Of a stretch of DNA of 64,000 nucleotides, positions 1-10,662 are shown in pieces. Position 1 is the stretch's first letter, and each line of letters opens with the position of its first letter. Under the pieces are notes generated by a model. It saw only the letters and a list, made by a program, of their open reading frames with translations, searched no databases and was not told the DNA's origin. The position numbers and the translations under genes are program-made. The stretch comes from Octopus vulgaris (lineage: Eukaryota). Location: assembly GCA_951406725.2 (NCBI GenBank), contig OX597830.1:56172001-56236000 (forward strand). Direction: 5' to 3'.

Positions 1-54
1 ACTTGTCATTCTATGTGCCCTGTACAATTGTATACATACTTGCTATACTTTATA

Positions 55-87
<33 letters not shown>

Positions 88-365
88 TTAGCGTCCGCTT
101 TCCATGCTAGCATGGGTTGGACGGTTCAACTGGGGTCTGTGAAGCCAGAAGGCTGCATCAGGCCCAGTCTGATCTGGCAGTGTTTCTACGGCTGGATGCC
201 CTTCCTAACACCAACCACTCCGTGAGTGTAGTGGGTGCTTTTTACGTGCCACCCACACAGGTGTCAGACGGAGCTGGAAAACGGCCACGGACGGATGGTG
301 CTTTTTATGTGCCACCGGCATGGGGGCCAGGCGAGGCTGGCAACGGCCACGATCGGGTGGTGCTT
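55..365 (-). mobile_element. RTE-tailed SINE/LINE-3'UTR family B (other copies ~5560-5875, 20735-21080, 35135-35457, 37515-37755, 38925-39173, 53715-53858)
   Basis: Shared GGATGCCCTTCCTAAC..AACCACTC..GTGTAGTGGGTGCTTTT block, internal GTGCCACC subrepeats and a (GAT)n tail. Confidence 0.85.
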
Positions 366-559
366 CATACAATATCCACCACACTAGAAAATATCTTTAT
401 GTTGTATTTTCTCACTTTCCCCTGTTGTGTTCAATGTTGACGTTGTCCAGGTATTAATAGTGTAAGTACATATAATAATGCTGAGGTTGTTTCCATCAAT
501 ATCTTGTGAAGAACACCTAAGACACAAGTGCCTGATCCTTTGGTAACTTTAGTTAAAGC

Positions 560-1010
560 AGCTGGTCTAATACTAGCACCTAGTACTTTAGTCATAGGTC
601 TAATTGCTACCCAGGGCCACCACTTGCTCTTTGGATTGTAAATCTAACACACCACCCTGTTTAACACTACCATCACCTGGCTCATGGGTGGTAGATCTAA
701 TACATCACTCTGTTTAACACTATTGTCTGGTCCTTGGTTCAGAGGTCCAATACACCTAACTATTTATTACTGCTACCACCATATCTTTCAGTGGTAGAAC
801 TAAAAGACCACTCTGTTTACACTGTCATCACTTGGTCCATGGGTAGTAGGTCTCACACATCTATCTATTTATCACTGCCTAGTACTTTGGTGGTAGATCT
901 AAAATACCATTCTGTTTAACATTACCAGCTTGTCATTAGGTTCCTTAAGTTTGAGAATAAGTCTAACCTGCCACCCAGTCTAACACCACTACCTGGTCCT
1001 TGGGTGGTTT
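560..1010. repeat. Degenerate ~55-60 bp minisatellite
   Basis: Recurring GGTAGATCTAA..CAC.CTGTTTAACACTA..CCTGGTCC.TGG units. Confidence 0.65.
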
Positions 1011-1090
1011 TAGCACAGTGTAGTCTGTTGTAAACATTAAGACCAAGCCTCCAGCTTCCTTGCAACTCAACATTTTCCTCAATGATATTA

Positions 1091-1317
1091 AAGGCGACGA
1101 GCTGGCAGAAACGTTAGAACGCCAGGCGAAATGCTTTGCAGTATTTCATCTGTCGCTATGTTCTGAGTTCAAATTCCGCCGAGGTCGACTTTGCCTTTCA
1201 GGGTCGATTAAATAAGTACCAGTTACGCACTGGGGTCGATATAATCGACTTAATCTGTTTGTCTGTCCTTGTTTGTCCTCTCTGTGTTTAGCCCCTTGTG
1301 GGTAGTAAAGAAATAGA
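1091..1317 (+). mobile_element. tRNA-headed SINE family A (other copies ~23377-23610, 40615-40838, 44146-44377 minus, 58400-58615, 61116-61329, plus many decayed copies)
   Basis: Head GGCGAGCTGGCAGAAACGTTAG, B-box GAGTTCAAATTCC, core GCCTTTCA..GGTCGA..AAGTACCAG, tail AAAGAAATAG. GATATTAA is duplicated at the flanks. Confidence 0.85.
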
Positions 1318-2277
1318 TATTAATCTGTTGATATTCAGATTGGGTAATCTGCCAAGCCAATCTTCACAATCTCCAAGTGAGACTTGCAATGGTTATAAGC
1401 ATGTCTCTCCCCACTGACTGATTTGTAAACAAACAAAATTTATGTCTAGAAGACAAAAAAATGATGAACTCTCATTACATGGACAAATAAGGGTTCAGCA
1501 AAACACTGTTGCATGGTGTAGGAGTGTGGAAAATGACCATCACCCTATGGCTGCCTGTGTGCAGAGCCAAAACTGAAAACTTTCCCATTGCCTCTTTTCC
1601 TATTGCCATTGGACTTATGGAGTAAGTGTAATGGTGTTGGTGCTGGTGTCTTGCTTTGCTGAATAACTAGCATGATGAATATCACTATAGTGGGCATGGT
1701 GTGTGCAGAGCCAGTCCCACTATCTCACCCTTTGAGCTTGTATTAGTCTGGTGCAACAAGTGTCACAAGTCCAGTAGTTACGCAAGATTTGTATGGAACT
1801 ACTTTCCTTTAGATGAGCAGCTAAAGGACTGAAGGACCTTATCTGCTCTGGTGCCTGTGAATGAGGTAGGCTTTGTGCCTATAATAGAATGGATTATCAT
1901 CATCATCATCATTAATATTATTTTGATTTACTACATATTTGGCATCTGATCAATGTTGGATAACTCTACTAATTACCAGTAACATCTTGGAAAAGGTTCC
2001 ATTGACTCTGCCCTAACTTACTTTATCAAAACTTGATTTATGGAGAGGAGGAGAGGTGCTGACCTTCTATGTGTGTGTGTGTGTAGGTTTTACTACAAAA
2101 CAGATTGCTACATATTTCTCTCTCATGCTGTACCAAAAATGCTGATTAAAAAAAAATTCTTGTTGAATTTTTTTTTTAACAATAGCTTAAATTATTTCCT
2201 CCCTCTCTCTGTTCGTTGACTACTTTCTCTCTTTGACCAGCTCTTGCTCTCAATTTCTCTCTCATTCTTTTTATTTG

Positions 2278-2385
2278 CTCCCTCCCTCCCTCCCTCCCTC
2301 CATCCATCCATCCATCCATCCATCCATCCATCCATCCATCCATCCATCCATCCATCCATCTATCTATCTATCTATCTATCCATCC

Positions 2386-2424
<39 letters not shown>
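2278..2424. repeat. Compound tetranucleotide repeat (CCCT)n-(CCAT)n-(CTAT)n
   Basis: Seen directly. Confidence 0.97.
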
Positions 2425-2984
2425 AAAAGATAGAAATTGATTCATCTCTTGAAGATTAGATTTATTGCTAATTAATTAATTCATTATCATCATCATCATA
2501 TAGCAGTGGTGGTGATGATGATGATGATGATGATAGTAGCAGCAGCAGCAGCAGCAGCAGTATTGCACACATTTTTTTCAACACAAACAGTATTTATTTA
2601 TCTGTATCTGTGTCTGTTCAATTGTGTACACTTATGTTTTGTGTTACCTAATTATGTGTTATGTATATAATAAACCCCTTCTCCAATCTAGGGTAATTTT
2701 ACCGGGTGTTTAAAAGGGGCTAAGGGAGTAAACCCCTAGAAAGAATCCAGTAGATATATATATAGTTAAACTCAACCAATGTCTGGCATCCTTTGCAGCT
2801 CCATGGATGTTGCTAACATATTGACTTGTCTCTTCTTTGTAATGTATCTGTAAGTGGAGAGTGGGTAAGTGTACTTGGTGCTAGGCACTTGCTTTTATAA
2901 ACAGCCCAGGCACAGCAGAAGTGGTTAACTTACTATCTCTGCAATACCATCAAATACAACTAGAAAAGCCAACCATATAATAAT

Positions 2985-3566
2985 GATTTCAAATTTGGGC
3001 ACAAGGCCAGCAATTTTGGGGGAAGAAGGTAAGTTGATTACATTGATCCTAGTACTCACTAGTACTTATTTTATCAACCTCCAAAGGATGAAAGGCAAAG
3101 TCAACCTCGGAAGAATTTGAAATCAAAACATAAAGACAGACGAAATACCTATTTCTTTACTACCTGCAAGGGGCTACATACAGAGGGGACAAACAAGGAC
3201 AGACAAATGGATTAAGTCGATTACATCAACCCCAGTGCACAACTGGTACTTATTTAATCAACCATGAAAGGATGAAAGGCAAAGTCGACCTCGGCGGAAT
3301 TTGAACTCAGAACATAGACAGACGAAATACCTATTTCTTTACTACCCACAAGGGGCTAAACACAGAGGGGACTAACAAGGACAGACAAACGGATTAAGTC
3401 GATTACATCAACCCCAGTGTGTAACTGGTACTTAATTTAATCGACCCCGAAAGGATGAAAGGCAAAGTCGACCTCGGCGGAAGTTGAACTCAGAACGTAA
3501 CAGCAGACGAAATACCGCTAAGCATTTTGCCCGGTGTGCTAACAGTTCTGCCAGCTCACCACCTTA
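2985..3566 (-). mobile_element. Head-to-tail multimer of SINE family A
   Basis: The junction GACGAAATAC-CTATTTCTTTAC recurs at ~3140 and ~3321, giving three successive units. Confidence 0.85.
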
Positions 3567-4673
3567 CTCAACCATATAATAATACCTTTACATTCTACGA
3601 AAGAAATAATACTGAGAAAAATAAATTTTTGTATTTTTTCTTTGCTAAATTCACTCAGAGTTTATGTAATTTAGAATGATTGTAATCAGGAGAAAGAGGT
3701 CATGCTAAAAAAACAAACAAGGAAAACAGAGAATATCCTGTTCAGAATAGATAATTATTAATTTGAAAATATCAAATAACAATTCATTAACTACCAGGTC
3801 ATGAACATATTATTATTATTATTATTATTACTTTTTTTTTCTTCTTTCAAATTTGCTTCCATTTCTTGCCGAGTGTCTTCCCGACTCCTAGGGCAAAGAA
3901 ACTCATAGTATACATTGGTAGGCCATTAAACCAAACTCAATAGTTCATTCATTTAAAAAAAATTTTTTTTTTCTTAAGTTAAATTAAAATACATGAGCAG
4001 CAACAGTTCTCACATCGACAATGCTCTTCTCAATACGTGTGATTTATTATTATTATTATTATTATTATCATCATCATCATCATCATCATCATCATTATTA
4101 TTATTATTTGGTGGCGGCAGCGGTCGTGGTGTAACTTAGATGAATTAGCAAAATTATATATAAAGCGAAGTCATCATCATCATCATTATTTAACGTTTGC
4201 CATCCATGTTTGGAATATAGATATTGGCAAGAATCAATAAATTATCAAACTTTAATGCTACAATAATATCAGTCTGATTTATCAATATATAAAGCTAAAT
4301 CATCAGTTTATCTTTTACTTTATTCAGCCATTGGACTACAGCTATGCTGGGGCATAGCCTTGAAGGATTTAATCAAACAAGTCGACTCCAGTGCTTTATT
4401 TTTAAGTCTGGTACTTATTCTTTTGGTTTCTTTTACTGAACCGCTAGTTCCTGGGATGTAAACAAACAAATACTGGTTGTCATGTGGGGATGGGGGACAA
4501 ACAAAACTACATAGACACTCCACCACATATATGATAGGCTTCTACACAGTTTCCATCTACCATGTTCACTCACAAGGTATTGCCTGGCCCTGCGCTGTAG
4601 TAGAAGACGATAAAATGAGACAACAAAGCCAAGGCTGTGTGGAATTTTCAGGACATTTATAAAGAGAAAGTTA

Positions 4674-4721
4674 GTCTTACAGCTGTTTCTGGGATATTAG
4701 GGATATCCCTTCATCAGAGAC
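4674..4721 (-). ncRNA. Minimal type I hammerhead ribozyme motif (Penelope pLTR type)
   Basis: Minus strand reads GTCT-CTGATGA-A-GGGATAT-CCCTA-ATATCCC-A-GAAAC-AGCT-GTA-AGAC. This gives stem I GTCT/AGAC, core CUGAUGA and GAAA, a 7-bp stem II, palindromic ACAGCTGT stem III and a GUA cleavage triplet. The stem II closing positions are A/A rather than the canonical G-C. Confidence 0.72.
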
Positions 4722-5229
4722 GATTTGAGATGGTTAAATAGAGGGAAATATTAGAGTTCACTCCTGTTTTCACTTTCTTACACTTTTTCATTTTCTCTTC
4801 CTCTTTCTTTCCTTCTTCTTTTCTCACCTTTTCCTTTAACCTCTCTCTCCATTTTAACATACACATCTCTTCTCCTCTCTCTATCCACTTAATACTACCA
4901 CTACATTCTCAAATTTTCATTCACACCCCAGACCCCTTTGAATGAACTGCACATGGAATCTACATCTGCACAGTTTCCATTTGTGATTACGAAATATGAA
5001 CTCCTATTGGAATTTACATACCACGGACAAGAAGCATTTCTACCACTTCTACACACCACTTTCATTGCATAATGGAACTGCAACTATAACATCTTTATAC
5101 ATTTTTATTTCTATTTTTATGCCTACATTCATTTTCCTATTTCCCTATATACTTCTTATTTGCTTCCTTTTCCAAAACAACTCCTCATATTGAACTCTTA
5201 TATTTCCCTCTATTTAACCATCTCACATC

Positions 5230-5282
5230 GTCTCTGATGAAGGGATATCCCTAATATCCCAGAAGCAGCTGTGCTGTAAGAC
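5230..5282 (+). ncRNA. Degenerate second copy of the hammerhead motif
   Basis: GTCT-CTGATGA-AGGGATATCCCTAATATCCCA-GAAG-CAGCTGTGCTGTA-AGAC. GAAA is changed to GAAG and there is a 5-nt GCTGT duplication. Confidence 0.55.
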
Positions 5283-6070
5283 TAACTTTCTCTTTATGAA
5301 TGACCTAAAAATTCCATGCAGCCTTGGCTTTGTTGTCTCATTTTATTTAACACATATATATATACACACACTCGGAGACTGCTCTACATCCTAGAGTGTG
5401 CTTCTCCGGATTTACATTTTCCATAAACAATATATACACACACTCATACATACATGCATACATACATACATACATGCATACATACATACATACATGCATA
5501 CATACATACATACATACATACATACAAATGTGTGTGTGCGTGTGTATATATCAGCTTCCCCTGGCACCTGTGCCGGTGGCACATAAAAAGCACCATCTAT
5601 ACATGGTCGATGCCAGCACCACCTTGACTGGCTTCTGTGCCGGTGGCATGCAAAAAGCACCAACCAATCGTGGCCATTGCCAGCCTCCACTGGCACGTAA
5701 AAAGCATCCACTACACTCACGGAGTGGTTGGCATTAGGAAGGGCATCCAGCTGTAGAAACACTGCCAGATCAGCCTCCATGGCTTCCCAGACCCCGATTG
5801 AACCGTCCAACCCATGCTAGCATGGAAAACAGTCGTTAAACGACGACGATGATGATGATGATGATGATGATGATAAAGGAAATCCTTTTAAGTAAGTGTC
5901 CAATTATTTCAGCTGATCACTCTTGAAGCTAATACACAAGTTGGCAGGAAACATGCTAGAAGACTTTAAAGTTGTGTACACTCGAAGAAGACTATATACA
6001 TGTGTGTATGTGTGTGTTGAAATGTTCCTATGTAGTGGTAGTTGAGTTAGGTGCATGTATATATTATATA

Positions 6071-7343
6071 TCAGGTCACTAAAAATGAAATGTCTAATTT
6101 TCTTATGCACCAGGTTTGATAGTATTTAACTCTAATGTTTTATCCTGACAATTCTTTGTTTTACAACACCGAAGAGTTACATTATCACTTTTCGAAATGC
6201 AATTCATGGTGTCTGATTATATTGTGAGTTTTCTGTTGTAAATCAGTTTTTGTGAACCTTTGGATAGATCAAAAATTTATGTTGTTTATGAATATGAGTT
6301 CTTTCGTGCAACCTATGCATCCCAAACAGCTCAAAACATCAATAGGGTGTTTGGTGAAGATGTGATGAATGAATGCACTGTACGTTAATGGTTTGAGAAG
6401 TTCTGGTTTGGTGACTTTACTCTTGAAAATCAGCCCTGTGGTAGACCTGAGACCAAGGCGGATAATGATGTGCTGGAAACTGTAGTGGAAGCTGATACAT
6501 CTCAAACTACGCATGAGTTAGCAGCAAAGTTTTCTGTTTCGATTCCAACTGTATTGGACCATCTGAAATAAATCGGCAAGGTAAAGGAGCTGGACAAGTG
6601 GGTACCGCATGAACTGAATGAGCATCAGATGACACGCTATCTTGAAACTTGCTGTTCTATGCTGTCACGGCATAAAAGCAAACCATTTTTTGCATTGTAT
6701 TGTTATGTGTGATGAAAAATGGATTCTTTTCAACAATAGCAAGCATTCTGCACGGTGGTTGAATAGAGACAAAGTGCTAACACAATCCAAAAATGAATAT
6801 TCACAAAAAAAAAGCTAATGGTGCCTGTTTGGTGGTCCAGCACTGGTGTCATCCACTACAGCTTCATGATGCTGGTAAGTCATTTATATCAGATGGATGA
6901 AATGATGAGTGAACTTGTAATTAAGCAACCGAGATTGGTCAATAGAAACAGGCCAATTCTCTTGCAAGATAGTGCTCAACGACATGTTGCACAAAGAATG
7001 CTGCTAAAGTTACAGGAACTGAACTTGAAAGTACTCTGTCACCCACCATATTCAACAGACTTTGCACCAACTGACTATCAAGTTTTTCAGGCATTAGACA
7101 ACTTTTTTACAAGGAAAAAAACTTCAAATCTGAAGAAGATGCAAAATCAGCCTTTCATGATTTCATCACCTCTTGCTCTCCAGAATTCTTTGCTGCCAGT
7201 ATAGATAAGCTGCTGATAAAATGGCAAAATTGTGTTGATAATTTAGGTGCATACCTTGATTAACTGCATTGCTTTTTGTTGAGATAAATAAAGTAAAATA
7301 AACTTTCAGTTCAAGATCAGACATTTCCTTCTTAATGACCTGA
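6071..7343 (+). mobile_element. Full-length decayed mariner (DD34D) transposon, 1273 bp
   Basis: Imperfect TIRs TCAGGTCACTAAAAATGAAATGTCT and revcomp TCAGGTCATTAAGAAGGAAATGTCT, with TA on both flanks. WVPHEL at ~6599, CDEKW at ~6708 and HPPYSTDFAPTDY in ORF 6818-7204. The transposase is frameshifted. Confidence 0.93.
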
Positions 7344-7765
7344 TACATATAAAGATTATAATATTAGCTGATGATTATGGTGACAAACAACTCCTACTAC
7401 ATCTACCTCATTCAAGAATTGTCAACTATGTCACACATATCCAGCAGTACATATTGACATGTTGTACATTTATGTGTTATAAATGCCCTATATTTGTGTT
7501 TTTGTTTTAATACAAAAATATTCACACTCACACACATATGCACTATAAACATTACATGAATGTGCGTTCTGAAGTGCTAGTTTTGTAAATGCTATTATAT
7601 AATTACTGTTACAATAAGTATTTGTAATTTAGGTGTTTGGTCTTAATTCACACGTGCACATATACACACTTATGTGAGAGGCATTAAACAGCCCCTATGT
7701 GGTCGCTCAATCTGCTAAAAAATAGCAGTCAAATTCCCCTCAAATAACTGCCACCTTTGTCTTAA

Positions 7766-7997
7766 CCCTTTAGTGTTTAAACCGGCCATATCCGGCTCAA
7801 ATATTTTACATTTTTTATATTCAAACTGGCGATATCTAGCCTTTAAGCACCTTGCCCTACATTGAGACTCTAAAAATAAATAGTGACATTATTGAAACCT
7901 CAAAGCTATAAGATAATGCATGATTAATTCAAGTTGATGATGATGAATTTGAATAAAGAAGTATTACATTTAACAGAATAATTTAAACACTAAAGGG
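7766..7997. mobile_element. piggyBac-type MITE
   Basis: TTAA on both flanks and a perfect 16-bp TIR CCCTTTAGTGTTTAAA/TTTAAACACTAAAGGG. Confidence 0.85.
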
Positions 7998-8329
7998 TTA
8001 AAGTAGAAAACACATTGGATAATGTAAGTCTATTTATCCCCTAAACAGATGGAATGATCATATTTGGATTGTCTTTGATCATTGTATTTGATAAAGGCAC
8101 AAATAGATATACAACAGTATATTTCTATTTGTTAACAATCCTTTTGTATGTCATTCATATACACTAGGGGTCCCCAGCCACTGGGCCATAGATTAGTACC
8201 AGGCAGTGGATCATTTGGGTTGCACTGAAAGAATGATTTGTAAATTTTATTTCTATTCCATTGACTATCACTGTCTGCAGTGTGTTTTGACATTATATGT
8301 GTATTGTATATGTAATAATTAAATTAATT

Positions 8330-10340
8330 TTATTACTGAACTTGAGGTATTCATCATTAAATTGACACTTGAAGGTGACTGTAGTTGAGAGCAGTAGTCC
8401 AGATGGTTGAGGACGAATGTTCTCCAAAGGACCAGCATAATTTCCTGGTCCCTTGTTTTGAAGGTCCTCAGAATCCAGCCAGCCATTTGCTTGCACATTG
8501 CCACCTTCTTGGTGATATGCATCATTGCTCATATCAACTCCAGATCATGCACTGTATTTGACCCTGAGATTGCCACTCCTTTTGGTCAAAGTCTTTTTTT
8601 TGTTGCTGTCTGTTAGCACTGGTTGGCTGATAGCAAGAGGGCTCGAAATTTTTCTGTATATGACATCTAGACTTTTCTGTAGATTAGCATTGAGAGGATT
8701 CTTGACTGCTCATGCTACTTTTGTGTTGCTAGTAAGAGTGACTGCCTGTAAAATTGATGGCATGTCTCAGAGGGCTACCACAAACTGTAGCAGTCCCAAG
8801 ACAGTTCTCTGAGGCATTCCACTCACTATTAATGTCTCATTGGAGACAGCTTCACTGGCTGCAACAGCCTGGCTTCTGTCTTTTCCAAAATCTTGTGATC
8901 TCTCTCTCAGTTTTCCAACTTTGCTGAGTCTTTCCTGACATGTAAAGTTAAAGAGACTGGTCTATAATTTTAGCATCTGTTTTACATTCGTCTTTATGGA
9001 TAGGACATATCATGCCCTCCTTTAACTTTATGGGTAATTTATCATTCGCAAGGAAACTTCAGAAGAGGATCTACAGTGGTTTTGCCCCTTTGCATTTTTT
9101 AGGGGGATTACTGGGAATCCATGAAGGCAAGTGGCTGAGTTTAAGATCATTTCATCAATGACTGCTATTACATCAGTTTCCTCCAATAATTACCATCCCT
9201 TTCTGTGGAGCTGTTGTGCCAAAGAACTTATTCAGTATATTTATTTGCAAGTGTCCCACTGGAGATGTGAAAACACTTTTGTATTGCATGTTCAGTATTT
9301 CACTTATCCTTTGGGGGTCTGCAATCAGTGAGCTGTTTTCTTCAAACATTGACCCTGCAGCATACTGAAGCAGACACTTTTGCAAATCTATAGAATGCTT
9401 TAGGGTTTGTCTTTACATTTTTTTACAGCACTGGCTTTCTTTTCTGCCCTCTCCTTTTCATGGGAGTATTTGAGTGCATTTTCAGTCTCAAGCAGTGCTC
9501 ATTTGAGATAGGATTCTTCACTGGCCCATTTAGACAATTAGAGATTTTTGTTCATTGTCTTAAAGTTTTCCTATCTCTGGGAATTATACTTTCCTGTTGG
9601 TTTGACATTCTCTCTGGAGAAAACTTAATGCATATGTCTTGCCTGATTGTCATAAAGTGGTGTAGTTTTATGTTAATGTCCTGCATAAAGAGACAAGCAG
9701 ACCAGTTTTGTTCCAGGACCTCTTTCTGAATATCTTTCCAATTAGGTTTATAAGAATTCAGGTGCTTCTAATAAACTGTATGTCTGCAGTTTTCTTTGGA
9801 CCATACATTGTATGTTCTGCTAAGATATGGTCCAAAAAAAGTCATTGGTGTCACCTTAACATTATAGATGAGTGCCACATTATTTGTGAAGTAGAAGTCC
9901 AGAACATTTTTATCCCCTTGTTAAGTGGAGCACTATTTGCTCCGTAACTAGCATATTTGTAAGGTCAAACAGGGACTCTGCCTGCCTCTGCTCATGCAGT
10001 GACATAGCTGAGAGGAGACAGCCCTCAGGTCACTCAACATTAGAGAGGTTGAAGTTTCCTTGAAGTGTGTGAAGGCTGTCATCTAGGTTGTTTAATACTG
10101 CTGCCATCATTTTGAGGCTTTCTTTGGAGGAGTACCCATGATTTAAGGCAATATGTAGTACATATTACCATTTTGATTTGCTTAATATGTACTATCAGTG
10201 TTTCACAGATTGATAGTACATTGCAAATTCCCCATGCGTTTTTTCTCTCCTATCTGTCCAAAATACAACAGTTTTCGATATGTGTATTTCAGCATCTGCT
10301 ACGTCAGCAATCAAATGCATTCTATTAGTGCCATGTATAT
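8330..10340 (-). mobile_element. Decayed CR1/L2-group LINE (endonuclease to RT fragments)
   Basis: Minus-strand peptides GWILRTFKTRD..LDYCSQL, SGMPQRTVLG (SGVPQG.VLGP motif) at ~8785-8825, ISEILNMQYKSVF, and GNFNLSNV (GDFN). Many stops and frameshifts. Confidence 0.8.
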
Positions 10341-10595
10341 TTATTATGTGTAACTAGGTCTCTCAGGCATGGGGTTGTGTGCTGGTGGGATGTTACAAGG
10401 TCTCCAGCATTCAGCAATAACTGGTGTCATATATGACATGTCAGAAGTGGCTACTGGCCTGACATTCATAGAAGCATCAGGGGGTGACCACCCTGGATCT
10501 TTTGCTGTTTGTGGTGGCCTTGTGTGCTGGTATGCATTTCTTTGATTCTGTGTTTGTTGTAACCAGGCCAGCTTCCTTACAATATGTTGCACCAT

Positions 10596-10662
<67 letters not shown>

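Larger units (their letters stand above)
4610..5346. mobile_element. Penelope-like (PLE) non-coding remnant with ~150-bp inverted pLTR arms
   Basis: Arm 4610-4760 is the reverse complement of 5191-5346. The 430-bp spacer is pyrimidine-rich, and each arm holds a hammerhead motif. Confidence 0.7.

Noticed and set aside
1091-1185. tRNA gene-like A/B boxes
   Set aside because: This is a SINE head. No cloverleaf is evident and it continues into the SINE body.
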